A program made the position numbers and the translations under genes. This document shows positions 1 to 9,917 of a DNA stretch of 64,000 bases, one piece after another. The notes under the pieces were generated by a model, which made no database searches, was not told the DNA's origin, and saw only the letters and a program-made list of their open reading frames with translations. The stretch spans positions 708,583 to 772,582 of the forward strand of contig OZ252291.1 of assembly GCA_965250155.1 (NCBI GenBank). Reading direction: 5' to 3'. This stretch comes from Gemmatimonadales bacterium. GTDB taxonomy: Bacteria; Gemmatimonadota; Gemmatimonadetes; Gemmatimonadales; GWC2-71-9. Positions within the stretch are counted from its first letter, which is position 1; every line of letters starts with the position of its first letter.

Positions 1-106
1 TTCTCCGGGACTCTCTCCCCCCAGTCCGAGGAGTCGGACAAACGCACCGGCGAGGGCCAGCGCGAGGAGCAGGAAAGCGGCCCTCGTGTCATCCCTGGTG
101 GCCATG
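1..106 (-). CDS. hypothetical protein, N-terminal fragment (gene runs off the window start)
   Basis: The reverse strand reads ATG(104-106) MATRDDTRAAFLLLALALAGAFVRLLGLGGESPGE, a signal/TM-like N-terminus. Only 35 codons are visible. Confidence 0.3.
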
Positions 107-181
107 CATTCAAGGTCGCCTAGAGAACCCGGCTTCGGATGATCAAAACGTTGAAGAGCTGTATCGCTCTATTGCGACCGC

Positions 182-1078
182 TCAGCGGACGAGGGCCAGG
201 GCGACGCTGCCCACGATTGCGAGGCTGCGAGCGCTGATCTTGTCGAGGGTGTCGTCCGTGGTGTGATGCTGGGGGTAGGTGAAATCGATGACGTCGATCG
301 CGCGGATCCCGGCCTGCTGGAGCGGGATATGATCGTCCGTCACCCAGCTTCCGACATCTTGGCGGAAGATGCTGCCCCAGCCAAGGTCTCGCGCTTTCTG
401 CCATATGCGATCGACCACCTCGGGTGCTCCGTCAACGGAATAGCCTTCCTTGGGAATCTGCAAATCGGCGTCACCCACCATGTCGAACAGCACGGCATAG
501 AGGGGCTGATAGCCCTCGGGTAGATTGGCCGAGAAATGCTTCGACCCGAGCAACACATCGGTTCTCGCTGTCCAGTCGCCGTAATCTTCACCGTCTACGA
601 ACAACAGATCGACGCCGAAGGCCGGCGGCTCTTTCTTGAGCTCGTCCGCTATTCCCAGCAAGATGGCGACACCAGACCCGCCGTCGTTGGCGCCCGGTGT
701 AGGCAGCCTTTGCCGGCCCAGATTGGTGTCCTTCTCGGCTACGGGCCGGGTGTCCCAGTGGGCTAGGAACAGAATCCGTTCCAACAGGTCCGGGCGAAAG
801 CTGGCGATGAAGTTTCTGAGGTGGAGGGTGTCTCCGGCGGCCGTCACGTGGGTGAATCGTTGCACCTCGGTGGAATCGGCTCGCGACTGCAGATGGGCGA
901 GTATCCAGTGGCCGGTGCGTCTATGCGCTTCCGTGTTTGGAATTCGGTTCCCGAAGTTCATTTGTGTCTCGACGTACGACAGCGCCACAGCGCCATCGAA
1001 CTGCAGCGCGGCCTCACCACCGCTGCCACACGCTACGAGCAACCCAACCGTCATCGCGGCAGAGAGGTTCTTCATCAT
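182..1078 (-). CDS. M28-family metallopeptidase-fold lipoprotein, glutaminyl-cyclase-like
   Basis: 298 aa ORF with lipobox LLVACGS. Motifs LFLAHWDTRP, GANDGGSGVAILLGIADEL and DLLFVDGEDYG fit the M28 fold and type II glutaminyl cyclases. Its ATG overlaps the sprA stop (ATGA at 1075-1078). Confidence 0.75.
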   Translation of the reverse strand: MMKNLSAAMTVGLLVACGSGGEAALQFDGAVALSYVETQMNFGNRIPNTEAHRRTGHWILAHLQSRADSTEVQRFTHVTAAGDTLHLRNFIASFRPDLLERILFLAHWDTRPVAEKDTNLGRQRLPTPGANDGGSGVAILLGIADELKKEPPAFGVDLLFVDGEDYGDWTARTDVLLGSKHFSANLPEGYQPLYAVLFDMVGDADLQIPKEGYSVDGAPEVVDRIWQKARDLGWGSIFRQDVGSWVTDDHIPLQQAGIRAIDVIDFTYPQHHTTDDTLDKISARSLAIVGSVALALVR

Positions 1079-4000
1079 CGCACCTGACTCGCCAGAAAGT
1101 TTATGTTCAAGAATACCGTGAAAACCATTTGTGAGAATTGGCTCGACGTGTGCCGTTCTTCGGTCAGCACGTAAGTGAAGTTTGCGCCGCCCCGCATGCT
1201 GGGTGGTAAGGCGGTGTCCAACCGGAAATCCAACTGGTGCCGGCTGCTCTCAGATACGGAAGCGCACTCTGCACTCCCGCTCCGCTGCAAGCACACGCTG
1301 TCGTCCGTGGCACTTGCCGTGAACGACGTGCGGATTTCACTCGGGAGCCGAACCAACCAGCCGGGCGCTTTGACCGAGAAATTGAGACTCGCTCCCAAAC
1401 GTTGCACATCATTCACGGTGAGATTACCCGATGTGAGCACGTCGCTCTGAAAACGTGTATACTCGACCCTGCTCACCACGCCTGCCACCCACGTCAACGT
1501 AACCGTCGGTGCGAAGTTCGTGGATATGGTTTCCGTAAACACTCCCGTGGTACTGCTTCCGTCGGCGCTGGTTCCCTGTCCCGGCAGACCGAGTGCACCC
1601 GGTTGGAAGCTAGAAGCCAGAGTGCGTCGATACCGCGCCCGGGCCGTCACACTAGACAACAGGTTTCGCATACCCCTCGGGGGAGTGAACACCCACGACA
1701 CCGTACCAGACGGCCACTGGCGAAAGCTCTGTTCGATTCGTGTCTGTTGGTCGCCTCGCCGCGCCCACGTGTTGGTCTTCGTCCGGCGAAAGTCAAATCG
1801 CGCGTCGAACCCCAAGGGGAGCCTGGATCCCCCCGCGAACGTCCACTGCTTCGACTCGACGGCCGATGTTGCAAGTACGCCCTCTTGCTCCCGAAACTCG
1901 TCAGCTCCCCCGAGGGCGAGCTGATAACGCAATGTGGGCTCGAACGGGATGCGGTCGAAGGTAGAACCTCTGGTGGTGCGGAACGAAACGTCGGCTGGAA
2001 CAATCCCCTTGAAAACGCGTGCTACAGTACTCGATGCTCCGGCAGCGGCTTCGACCAGTCTGCGTAGGTTGAACGTCGCACCCATGACACGATCTCTCGA
2101 GTTGGAAAGGGCTTCCGGAATGCGAAACGTCGTGCCCGAATCACTTACCACCTGAACGGCAACGCGCCCGTTCGGGTCGCGATGGAATACATAGTTGCTG
2201 GAGAAACTAAACCTCGGTCGCAACCAGCCATTGATGACTGGAGTGGTCGTTAGGCGAGTTGACAGCGTGCGATCCCGCTCAAAGCCGATATCCCTGCCGG
2301 CGAAAGTGCCGCGATGGTCCTTCACCAACCTTCCGATCTGTGTCGAATCACCATAGTCTTGCAAGTCCCGAGTCGTAATGTAGTCCACACGTAACCCCAG
2401 CGAGGAAAACGGACGCAAGTCTGCACCTGTCGTATTACGCCAGGTATGAACCACGCTTCGCAGAGGGGCCCGCGACTGATCGTCCGGCAGCGTCACCGGT
2501 ACGCGGAAGGTGCGTCGTTCGGTCAGGTTGGTGGTGAGTTCGGACCTCATGCGTACTTGATAAGGATTCCACCGCACTCTAGACGTTCGCAGCCCCTTGC
2601 CGAATTCACTCTCTCTCAGCCATCTGGGCAACCGCTCCACGAGCTGGACCAAGAAACCGGGCACCGCCGGGACTGTCTCAGGCGGCGGCCGGTTGTCATA
2701 CTCAGCCCGGACTTGGCGATTCTTCGTCGCTGCCGTGCTCAGTTCCGAGACGTTTTGCGCATTCAGGCGCGCCGCGGCCAGCGACAGCGGGTCCAACAAC
2801 AATCGCTCGGCGAAGCTGTTGCCACGTCGCGTTCGGCGTAGCCCCACTTGATACGAGCTGACCGAATTCCCGGGGGTTCTTAGATTCACAAGCGATTGCG
2901 CCCGCACGTCACTGTTTCGAACGAAGAACGGATCTGTGGCAAGACGCTGATATTGGACGGAGAAGGGAATGCTCATTCCCCACGACTCCGGAAGCAATTT
3001 GTCGATACGCACGGTCGAGCCGAAGCGCGTTCGGGCATCTGCGAGGTAGTCAGGCAATTGATCGATCGTGCGGAAGCGATCGTCGGTACTGACGAACGAA
3101 AAGTCGATTTCGGCAAAGTCGGCGGCGGTCAAGCGAGCCTCGACCGCGCCAGCCACACCCACGTCGGCCACCACATCGCTCAGGCGGATGTCGTCAACCC
3201 ACAACTCCGCTTGGGGTATGAAAATGGATTGTTCCACGCGCAAGATACCGACCGCAACTTCCGAAACACGCGCCAGATTGGGCGGTCGAACACCGGGATC
3301 CTTAACCTGAATCAGGTACGGCCCATCGCACCTCACAAATGCCTCCGAGTCGCCACCGCCACAATCGATAGACCCAGACGGATTTTCGCCGGCCAGCCAC
3401 GCGTTCTCCACCTCCTCCCGTAGTGTCAGCCAGCGATCCAAGTCCACGACCACCTCGGGTTCCCAACCGACCGTCCGAGCCGGCGTGCTGTAGAAATAGA
3501 AATTGTCTTCGTCACTGCCGACCTTGATGAAAAAGTTGAGATCGCCGGCCTCCCAACCGGATCCCCGCCCCCTGGCCCAAACACGCAGCTTCCTGTATTG
3601 GAGAAAGTTCTTGTCCGCCGCCCCCGCAAACCGCAAAAACGCCTCGGCCCGTTCTCCCACGCGCAGGTCGCGCGCGATGAGGCGTAACGACCGCTCATTG
3701 ATCTGCTGCGAGCCAAACTCGAAAGCAGCACCCCGGCGTTCGGCCACATCGATCACGCCCGGCGGCGAAGTGTACCCCAGATCTCTATCCGCCGTCGAGA
3801 CGACGGACGCGATAACTTCGCCGTGCAACTCCCCTTGCGCGCCGCCAAGACCCACGATAGGCGTCGCCGCCAGCTTCAGCCACGGCGCCCCCACCAGGGT
3901 CAAGCGCGCCAATGCCAGCGCCACTTCCCTCTCGTCACCCGGACGAGTGGGCGCCACCATTGTGATCCGAAGCGCGCGGATCCGTCTCAAGTCGGGAGAA

Positions 4001-7000
4001 CCGATCTGCACGGTGTCCCGCCGGAATGGAATGCGATAGAGCTTCCACTGCCGGGCAAAACCGTCGACCTGAGATGGCTGGAGCTCGCTACCGTCCCGAA
4101 CCACGAAGCGAGGGTCACCGAGTTGCACAACGTACCGCATGACGTCCTCCTGGGTGACCCCGATGGTGAGATCCAGCCGATTATCACCGTTGAGATCCTC
4201 AGAATCCACGAATCCGTTGCTGCGTGTACACCGAGCGCTGAGATCACCACGGGGAAAAGCGGGGATCGTCACGCCGGTGAACACGCGCTCACACATGGGG
4301 AAATCAGTCAACACCTGCCCAGTGTTGATGTTGTAGATGGACGGAAGCAGGTCTCCGTGAACACCAACATCATTCACTGAGGCGTTGAACAAGTTGGTGA
4401 ACGGATTCTTCTCCGAATCCAGCGTTCCGGCGCCGATCTGCTGAAAGCCCGAGAATATCGTGTCATTGCCGACGACCCTGAAGGAATCGGGCCCGAACGC
4501 GACCGCATCCTCCAGCACGGTGCCGAAATCGAACACGAGGTTGATTTCTTGAGCCCTGCCGAGCCCCGTTTCCATCAAGGCCCAGAACTCGAGAAACTCG
4601 ATGCGGGACAGGTCAACGCCGAGACCCGAACGGTCGAGCGGCTGCGTGATGCTGCGCCACCGCGGGCCCGGCGTGGACGGGCGGATCCAGCGCGCACGGC
4701 CAGTCAGGGGATCGGGACCTCCCCCCACCGTATCCAGCTTGAGCGTCAGCCAAAGAAGCGTCTCTTTCGGCCGCGACGCGCCCGTCAGCACGATGCTGGA
4801 GTCGATCTCCTGGGGGCCGACTTCGAACGGCTCACCGTCGCTTTTCTCGATGGCGTTTTGCCACACGAACGTCACGGCGTCGTTGGTATCGAATTCGCCG
4901 AGTGTGGAGAGATGCGTCGCCGGAACACCCCTTCCGGACACCGGACGGCCACCGAGCTGAAACTTCTGCTCGTTGAGATTGATAACAGTCGACGACTGAG
5001 CCTCGAACTCCTCCAGGTACGCCTGCCTGGTGAGATTTGGGTTGGGGCGGGACACGGCAACCTCCCCGCTGATCTCGAGCGTAGAGGGCACGTTTGTGCT
5101 CAACAGAGGAAGGGCGTCGAGAGCGCGCGTGAGTCCATCGGCACGAAACCGCAGCTCCGTGCTGAGGCCGCCGAGGAACATGGCTTGCGGTTCGAAGCCC
5201 AAAGTGGGACGGGTGAAGATCGTTCGCTCTCGCTGGAACAGCGTCGTTGCGTCGATACGCACCCGCGAGCCGAGATTGTAGGTACCCTGAAACCCGAACA
5301 CGTTGCTCGGAGCGACATCAAACAACTGATTCTGTTCAAAGCGTGCTTGCACGCGTGTTGGACCAGTGAATAGAGAATCGGGATTGAGAAACGTCACCAC
5401 GCCCAGGTCATATGAGATTTCGTAATCCCGCCCGCGGACGAGGTCGCGATTCCCGATACGGATTTGCTCGCTGCCGATCCGGATCTGCGGCGCGCCGAGG
5501 CTCAGGCGCGATCGATCGCCGGAGCCCGCAGCCTGATAATCCCAAATGAAGCGAAACCGCGGAGCAGGCCCCTCGGTGTTGCGAAGGAACGTGGGTGTGC
5601 GGTAAATCGAGTCGTTGCGCTCGCCCTCCAGCAGGCGTGACCTGTCGGCCAAAGGCTGTAAGTGCGGAAACACGACGAAGAGATCACGCAGGGGTGATCC
5701 GCCACCGGGATCCCGCTCGCGGGGGAAAACGCGATTGAACTCGTCGAGTTGGCTCGGATCGGTGGACGTGACCAGCCCGAGCCGTGCCAGATACGTTCCC
5801 ACTCCATCCAAGGGACGTTCTGAATCGTTCACTACGAGCGATAAATGGATCGTCGTTCGACTGATGCCGCCACCGACCCGATAGAAGTTCCTCATCTCAT
5901 GGAGGAACGTGGGAACCTCCGGACCGCGCCGCGGCTCGTGAATCAGAAACAAAGTGTCGCTCGGGCCGGTCACCGACGGAAAAGTACCCACGGTGTCTCC
6001 GGCAACTGTCACATAAGAAACAGCCAGGAACTCGTCTAGCCCCACCCGATTCTGCAACCCGAACCAGATGCCGGACGGGTCGAGGTAATAATCCCGACCC
6101 TCGACCAAGAGATCCCAAAAGTAGGGACCGACAAGCTGCGGACTGTCGTCACGCCGGGCCACGGCTTCGATGCCGCGCAGGCTGGGGTTGATGCCGACTT
6201 GCCCGCTTTGCGCGCGGAGACGATATACTCGGACTTGGACGAGCTGGAGCACGAGCGGCAGCGCTTCGGGCACGATGTTCAACACATCGACGTTGGGGTA
6301 CGCCGGCAGGAACAGCGGGTTCACGATGAAGAAAAACCGGCTGTCCTCGAACTCCACGTCACGCGACTCCCGTTCGATCACCTGCGTCGCCTCGTCGCCC
6401 ACCGTGAATACTCGGACTCTCACAGACGACCCCTTCTGCTGTGCCAAGATGGACCGGAACTCCAGTGGTCCGAGCTGAGCTTCGGCCTGGATCCCAAACG
6501 AATTGGCGGGGATCGCCGATGTGATGAATCGTGATGACGGTAGCCGAAAGTCGAGGTTCCCCACCTCCACCCGGCGCAGGATGTCATCTTCGAGACCCTG
6601 GTACCACACGTTGATCCGGTTGTTTGCGCTGAACTCGCGTTGGCTGTCGAAATCCACGTTGACGTGGAGTCGGTCGCCGATCACCCCGCCTACGCGAAGT
6701 GCGAATTCCTGGTCCAGCAGCGGAGTCGGAAAGCCTCCCTGACAACCGGACGCAGGATTGGAGGCGTCGAGGGCCGTACAGTTGAGATTGCGGAGGCGGT
6801 CCAATCGGCTTTCGAGCCGCGCGTTCAGCTCGATGCTCAGATCCGCATAGCGTGCCAGGGCCTCCAGGGAGGGGGGGGGGGCTACCACCTCGGACGGATC
6901 GACCGGCGGGACGGGCCGCCGCTGCCCCGCTTCGCCGGTGGTGTCTTCCGGAAAGGGGGCCAATTTGCTCAACAAGCGTAGCTTCCAGCTGAGAACGCGG

Positions 7001-7275
7001 TTGCGCGACATGAGGCGCCGCGTACCCTCGGCCCAGCGCTGGGCCACCAATCGGGGCGTGGAACGACGATCCCACAGCTCCCCCGGCCGTAGCGCCGGAG
7101 GCGGTCGCATTTGTAATGTGTCAGTGACGAGGTAGAAGCGAACACCGGTCCCGCCAATCTGGGCGCTGGCACCGGCGGGCAAGAACAGGCTCATGCCCAG
7201 CACGACCGCCGGCCACGACACTTTCGTGGCGGACGGGGTGTAAGCCATAGTAAGCAGGGAAGCGAGACTCCTCAC
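1075..7275 (-). CDS. sprA: T9SS translocon / cell-surface protein SprA
   Basis: 2066 aa ORF with signal peptide ...PAGASA/QIGG. The block NVWYQGLEDDILRRVEVGNLDFRLPSSRFITSAIPANSFGIQAEAQLGPLEFRSILAQQKG recalls the conserved N-terminal SprA segment. Size and beta-rich composition also fit. Confidence 0.8.
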   Translation of the reverse strand: MRSLASLLTMAYTPSATKVSWPAVVLGMSLFLPAGASAQIGGTGVRFYLVTDTLQMRPPPALRPGELWDRRSTPRLVAQRWAEGTRRLMSRNRVLSWKLRLLSKLAPFPEDTTGEAGQRRPVPPVDPSEVVAPPPSLEALARYADLSIELNARLESRLDRLRNLNCTALDASNPASGCQGGFPTPLLDQEFALRVGGVIGDRLHVNVDFDSQREFSANNRINVWYQGLEDDILRRVEVGNLDFRLPSSRFITSAIPANSFGIQAEAQLGPLEFRSILAQQKGSSVRVRVFTVGDEATQVIERESRDVEFEDSRFFFIVNPLFLPAYPNVDVLNIVPEALPLVLQLVQVRVYRLRAQSGQVGINPSLRGIEAVARRDDSPQLVGPYFWDLLVEGRDYYLDPSGIWFGLQNRVGLDEFLAVSYVTVAGDTVGTFPSVTGPSDTLFLIHEPRRGPEVPTFLHEMRNFYRVGGGISRTTIHLSLVVNDSERPLDGVGTYLARLGLVTSTDPSQLDEFNRVFPRERDPGGGSPLRDLFVVFPHLQPLADRSRLLEGERNDSIYRTPTFLRNTEGPAPRFRFIWDYQAAGSGDRSRLSLGAPQIRIGSEQIRIGNRDLVRGRDYEISYDLGVVTFLNPDSLFTGPTRVQARFEQNQLFDVAPSNVFGFQGTYNLGSRVRIDATTLFQRERTIFTRPTLGFEPQAMFLGGLSTELRFRADGLTRALDALPLLSTNVPSTLEISGEVAVSRPNPNLTRQAYLEEFEAQSSTVINLNEQKFQLGGRPVSGRGVPATHLSTLGEFDTNDAVTFVWQNAIEKSDGEPFEVGPQEIDSSIVLTGASRPKETLLWLTLKLDTVGGGPDPLTGRARWIRPSTPGPRWRSITQPLDRSGLGVDLSRIEFLEFWALMETGLGRAQEINLVFDFGTVLEDAVAFGPDSFRVVGNDTIFSGFQQIGAGTLDSEKNPFTNLFNASVNDVGVHGDLLPSIYNINTGQVLTDFPMCERVFTGVTIPAFPRGDLSARCTRSNGFVDSEDLNGDNRLDLTIGVTQEDVMRYVVQLGDPRFVVRDGSELQPSQVDGFARQWKLYRIPFRRDTVQIGSPDLRRIRALRITMVAPTRPGDEREVALALARLTLVGAPWLKLAATPIVGLGGAQGELHGEVIASVVSTADRDLGYTSPPGVIDVAERRGAAFEFGSQQINERSLRLIARDLRVGERAEAFLRFAGAADKNFLQYRKLRVWARGRGSGWEAGDLNFFIKVGSDEDNFYFYSTPARTVGWEPEVVVDLDRWLTLREEVENAWLAGENPSGSIDCGGGDSEAFVRCDGPYLIQVKDPGVRPPNLARVSEVAVGILRVEQSIFIPQAELWVDDIRLSDVVADVGVAGAVEARLTAADFAEIDFSFVSTDDRFRTIDQLPDYLADARTRFGSTVRIDKLLPESWGMSIPFSVQYQRLATDPFFVRNSDVRAQSLVNLRTPGNSVSSYQVGLRRTRRGNSFAERLLLDPLSLAAARLNAQNVSELSTAATKNRQVRAEYDNRPPPETVPAVPGFLVQLVERLPRWLRESEFGKGLRTSRVRWNPYQVRMRSELTTNLTERRTFRVPVTLPDDQSRAPLRSVVHTWRNTTGADLRPFSSLGLRVDYITTRDLQDYGDSTQIGRLVKDHRGTFAGRDIGFERDRTLSTRLTTTPVINGWLRPRFSFSSNYVFHRDPNGRVAVQVVSDSGTTFRIPEALSNSRDRVMGATFNLRRLVEAAAGASSTVARVFKGIVPADVSFRTTRGSTFDRIPFEPTLRYQLALGGADEFREQEGVLATSAVESKQWTFAGGSRLPLGFDARFDFRRTKTNTWARRGDQQTRIEQSFRQWPSGTVSWVFTPPRGMRNLLSSVTARARYRRTLASSFQPGALGLPGQGTSADGSSTTGVFTETISTNFAPTVTLTWVAGVVSRVEYTRFQSDVLTSGNLTVNDVQRLGASLNFSVKAPGWLVRLPSEIRTSFTASATDDSVCLQRSGSAECASVSESSRHQLDFRLDTALPPSMRGGANFTYVLTEERHTSSQFSQMVFTVFLNINFLASQVR

Positions 7276-7322
7276 CGGAGCACCAATTCGTTCACATATA
7301 GAGAGTTACGCGACTTCACCAA

Positions 7323-8825
7323 GTGACGATACTCAGCAAATACCTCCTCAGCCAGCATCTGGTTCCGTTCGTGTTCGCCATGTCGGCGTGTACCAGCATC
7401 ATGATCCTGAACCAGATCGCGAAACGGCTTCCCGATCTCGTGGGCAAGGGCTTGCCCTGGTCTGTGATAGTGGAGGTATTCGCACTTTCGGTCCCGTTTG
7501 TGGTCGCGATGACCATACCGATGGCCGTCCTCGTCGCCGTCTTGTACGTGGTGAGCCGACTGGCGGCGGAAAACGAACTCACCGCGTTGCACGCCGGCGG
7601 AGTTTCCCTAGGGCGGCTGATGCGTCCCCTGCTGGTCGGCGGGGTCTTTATGACATTAGTGGCGTTTCTTTTCGGCGACCAGGTGCTGCCCCGATCCAAC
7701 CACCGTCTCAAGACCCTGTTGACCGATATCGCCCGCACCAAACCGACTTTCTCGCTCGAAGAGCAGGTCATCAATGAAGTGCAGCGTGATAGATTCTTCC
7801 TCCGAGCCAACCGCATCAACCGAGCGACCTATCAGCTCCGGGACGTTACGATCTACGACCTCACGAATCAAACCAGGAAGCGCACCATCTACGCAGACAG
7901 CGGCACGATGGGGTTCGGTGCCGATCAACGGGATCTCTACCTCACGCTGTTCGACGGCACCATGCACGAGTCGAACCGCCAGGATCCGCGGCAATTCCAG
8001 GTGATGGATTTCCGCCGGCAGATCATCCGCGTCAAAGGTATCGGCGGCAACTTCTCACGCAGCGAGGCCGATCGGTTCAAGGGTGATCGGGAAATGAGCG
8101 TGTGCGAGATGGACTCGGTGATCGTCGTGGCACGTCGAGAGGGGCGCTCCGCGGAGCGGCGCGCCGCCGGTATTGAGCTGAACAGTTTACGCGGCTTGGT
8201 CGGCCTGGCACCTGTCCCGATCGACTCGAGCGATCTCGACTCCAGACCGACGGTTTATTGCCGCGCGTTGCGAGACATCGCAGAATGGCTTGCCCCGAAG
8301 GCGGCGGAAGCACAGGAACAGGGCTCCGACTCCACCGCGGAGGCGTCCGTCGAGGACGAGCATACCGGCGAACCGGGTCGCGTAGTGTACGCCAGCGGGG
8401 TCAGCCCACCGAACGCTCGATCCGCACAGTCGCTCCGCGATCGCGCACGCAGCGCAAAAATCCGTGCGGCGAATTATCTCGTCGAAGTACACAAGAAGTA
8501 CGCTATGGCCGCAGCGTCGTTCGTATTCGTAATCGTCGGCGCGCCGGTGGCGATTCGGTTTCAGCGAGCGGGTGTGGGCCTCGTCATCGGTGTGAGCCTC
8601 GGCGTCTTCACCATTTATTATGTCGGCCTCATTGCGGGTGAGTCTCTCGCCAACCAGCTCGTCGTGCCTGCTGTATGGGCGATGTGGACGCCGAATATCG
8701 TTTTCGGTTTGTTGGGGCTCGCCGGGCTGCGCCACATTCGCCGGCGGACCACCACGGCTCGCGGCGGGGGCGCTCTCCTAGCCGCTATGCGCGCCAAACT
8801 CCAGACCCGCCGGCGGGACCCATGA
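7323..8825 (+). CDS. LptF/LptG-family LPS export permease (YjgP/YjgQ)
   Basis: 500 aa. The N-terminus MTILSKYLLSQHLVPFVFAMSACTSIMILNQ and a periplasmic insert followed by C-terminal TM helices are typical of the family. The next paralog starts at an ATGA overlap. Confidence 0.8.
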   Translation: MTILSKYLLSQHLVPFVFAMSACTSIMILNQIAKRLPDLVGKGLPWSVIVEVFALSVPFVVAMTIPMAVLVAVLYVVSRLAAENELTALHAGGVSLGRLMRPLLVGGVFMTLVAFLFGDQVLPRSNHRLKTLLTDIARTKPTFSLEEQVINEVQRDRFFLRANRINRATYQLRDVTIYDLTNQTRKRTIYADSGTMGFGADQRDLYLTLFDGTMHESNRQDPRQFQVMDFRRQIIRVKGIGGNFSRSEADRFKGDREMSVCEMDSVIVVARREGRSAERRAAGIELNSLRGLVGLAPVPIDSSDLDSRPTVYCRALRDIAEWLAPKAAEAQEQGSDSTAEASVEDEHTGEPGRVVYASGVSPPNARSAQSLRDRARSAKIRAANYLVEVHKKYAMAAASFVFVIVGAPVAIRFQRAGVGLVIGVSLGVFTIYYVGLIAGESLANQLVVPAVWAMWTPNIVFGLLGLAGLRHIRRRTTTARGGGALLAAMRAKLQTRRRDP

Positions 8826-9904
8826 AATTCGGGTTGCTCGATCGTTACCTGCTGTGGGAGTGGACCAAGATCTTCGTGGCCACCGCTGCCGGCTTCCCGT
8901 TGTTCGTGATCGTCATTGATGTCACCGAAAAGATGAATGACTACCTGCTGCAAGGGATTGCTCCGGGAGATCTGGCGCTGAGTTATGTCTTCAGCTTCCC
9001 CGCAAACCTCAGCCTCGTTCTTCCCGCAGCAGTGCTCTTCGCCACTGTCTTCAGCATCGGTGCATTCAGCCGCCATTCCGAATTGAGCGCGGCCAAAGCG
9101 TCGGGACAAAGCTTCTACCGCCTCATCGTCCCTATTCTGATGGCGTCTCTCCTGGCCACCGGATTGGCACTGGGCGTCGGCGAGATCGCTCCTGCAGCTA
9201 CTCGAAAGCAAATGGAGCTGCTCGGCGAGCGCGAACGGCAATCCGGTTCTCGGCGGTTCAACTTCGTGTACCGGGCCGAAGAGGGTTGGGTTTATGTGAT
9301 CTCTTCTATCGACGAGTCGGAGCGGCTGGTGCGCGACATTCAAATGGAGCGTGAAGGCACCGGGGAGGAATACCCAACTCTGATCGTCCAGAGTCGCCGC
9401 GGAACCTACTCCGATTCCCTCGCGCGTTGGACTTTGCGCGGAGGGCGCTTTCGCATCCTCACCGGCGGCCATGCAGCGTTGACGTTCGAGTTCGACTCGA
9501 TGCGCGTGCAACATTTTTCAGAAGAGCCCGCAGCGCTCCTCGCCGAGCCGGCGCGGCCCGAAGAGATGGACTACGTGGAGCTGGGCCGGTATATCGACGC
9601 GCTGGAACGCTCGGGCGGAGATGGCAGGAAGCTTCGAGTGGGGCAGGAACTCAAGATCGCTATTCCCTTCACGTGCCTGATCATCGCCATCTTCAGCGCG
9701 CCACTCGCCGTTACCTCCCCACGAGTGAGTGGCGCGTTCGGCATCGGAGTCGGCCTCGGCACCACGATCGTATTTCTCTTGTTGGTGCAGCTCTCTCAGG
9801 GAATCGGCACCGGCGGGTTGCTGCCACCGGTGTGGGCGGCATGGATGCCCAATATCTTGTTCTTTTTCGCCGGTCTCTGGCTGATGATCAAGGTGAGGAC
9901 CTAA
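8822..9904 (+). CDS. LptF/LptG-family LPS export permease
   Basis: The internal Met MKFGLLDRYLLWEWTKIFVATAAGFPLFVIVID (ATG 8822) overlaps the upstream stop. It has the same architecture as the upstream gene. Confidence 0.8.
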   Translation: MKFGLLDRYLLWEWTKIFVATAAGFPLFVIVIDVTEKMNDYLLQGIAPGDLALSYVFSFPANLSLVLPAAVLFATVFSIGAFSRHSELSAAKASGQSFYRLIVPILMASLLATGLALGVGEIAPAATRKQMELLGERERQSGSRRFNFVYRAEEGWVYVISSIDESERLVRDIQMEREGTGEEYPTLIVQSRRGTYSDSLARWTLRGGRFRILTGGHAALTFEFDSMRVQHFSEEPAALLAEPARPEEMDYVELGRYIDALERSGGDGRKLRVGQELKIAIPFTCLIIAIFSAPLAVTSPRVSGAFGIGVGLGTTIVFLLLVQLSQGIGTGGLLPPVWAAWMPNILFFFAGLWLMIKVRT

Positions 9905-9917
9905 CCTCAACCAGCAG

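Noticed and set aside
8618-9514. 298-aa minus-strand ORF
   Set aside because: It is antisense to the second LptF/G-family permease, which has clear TM architecture.
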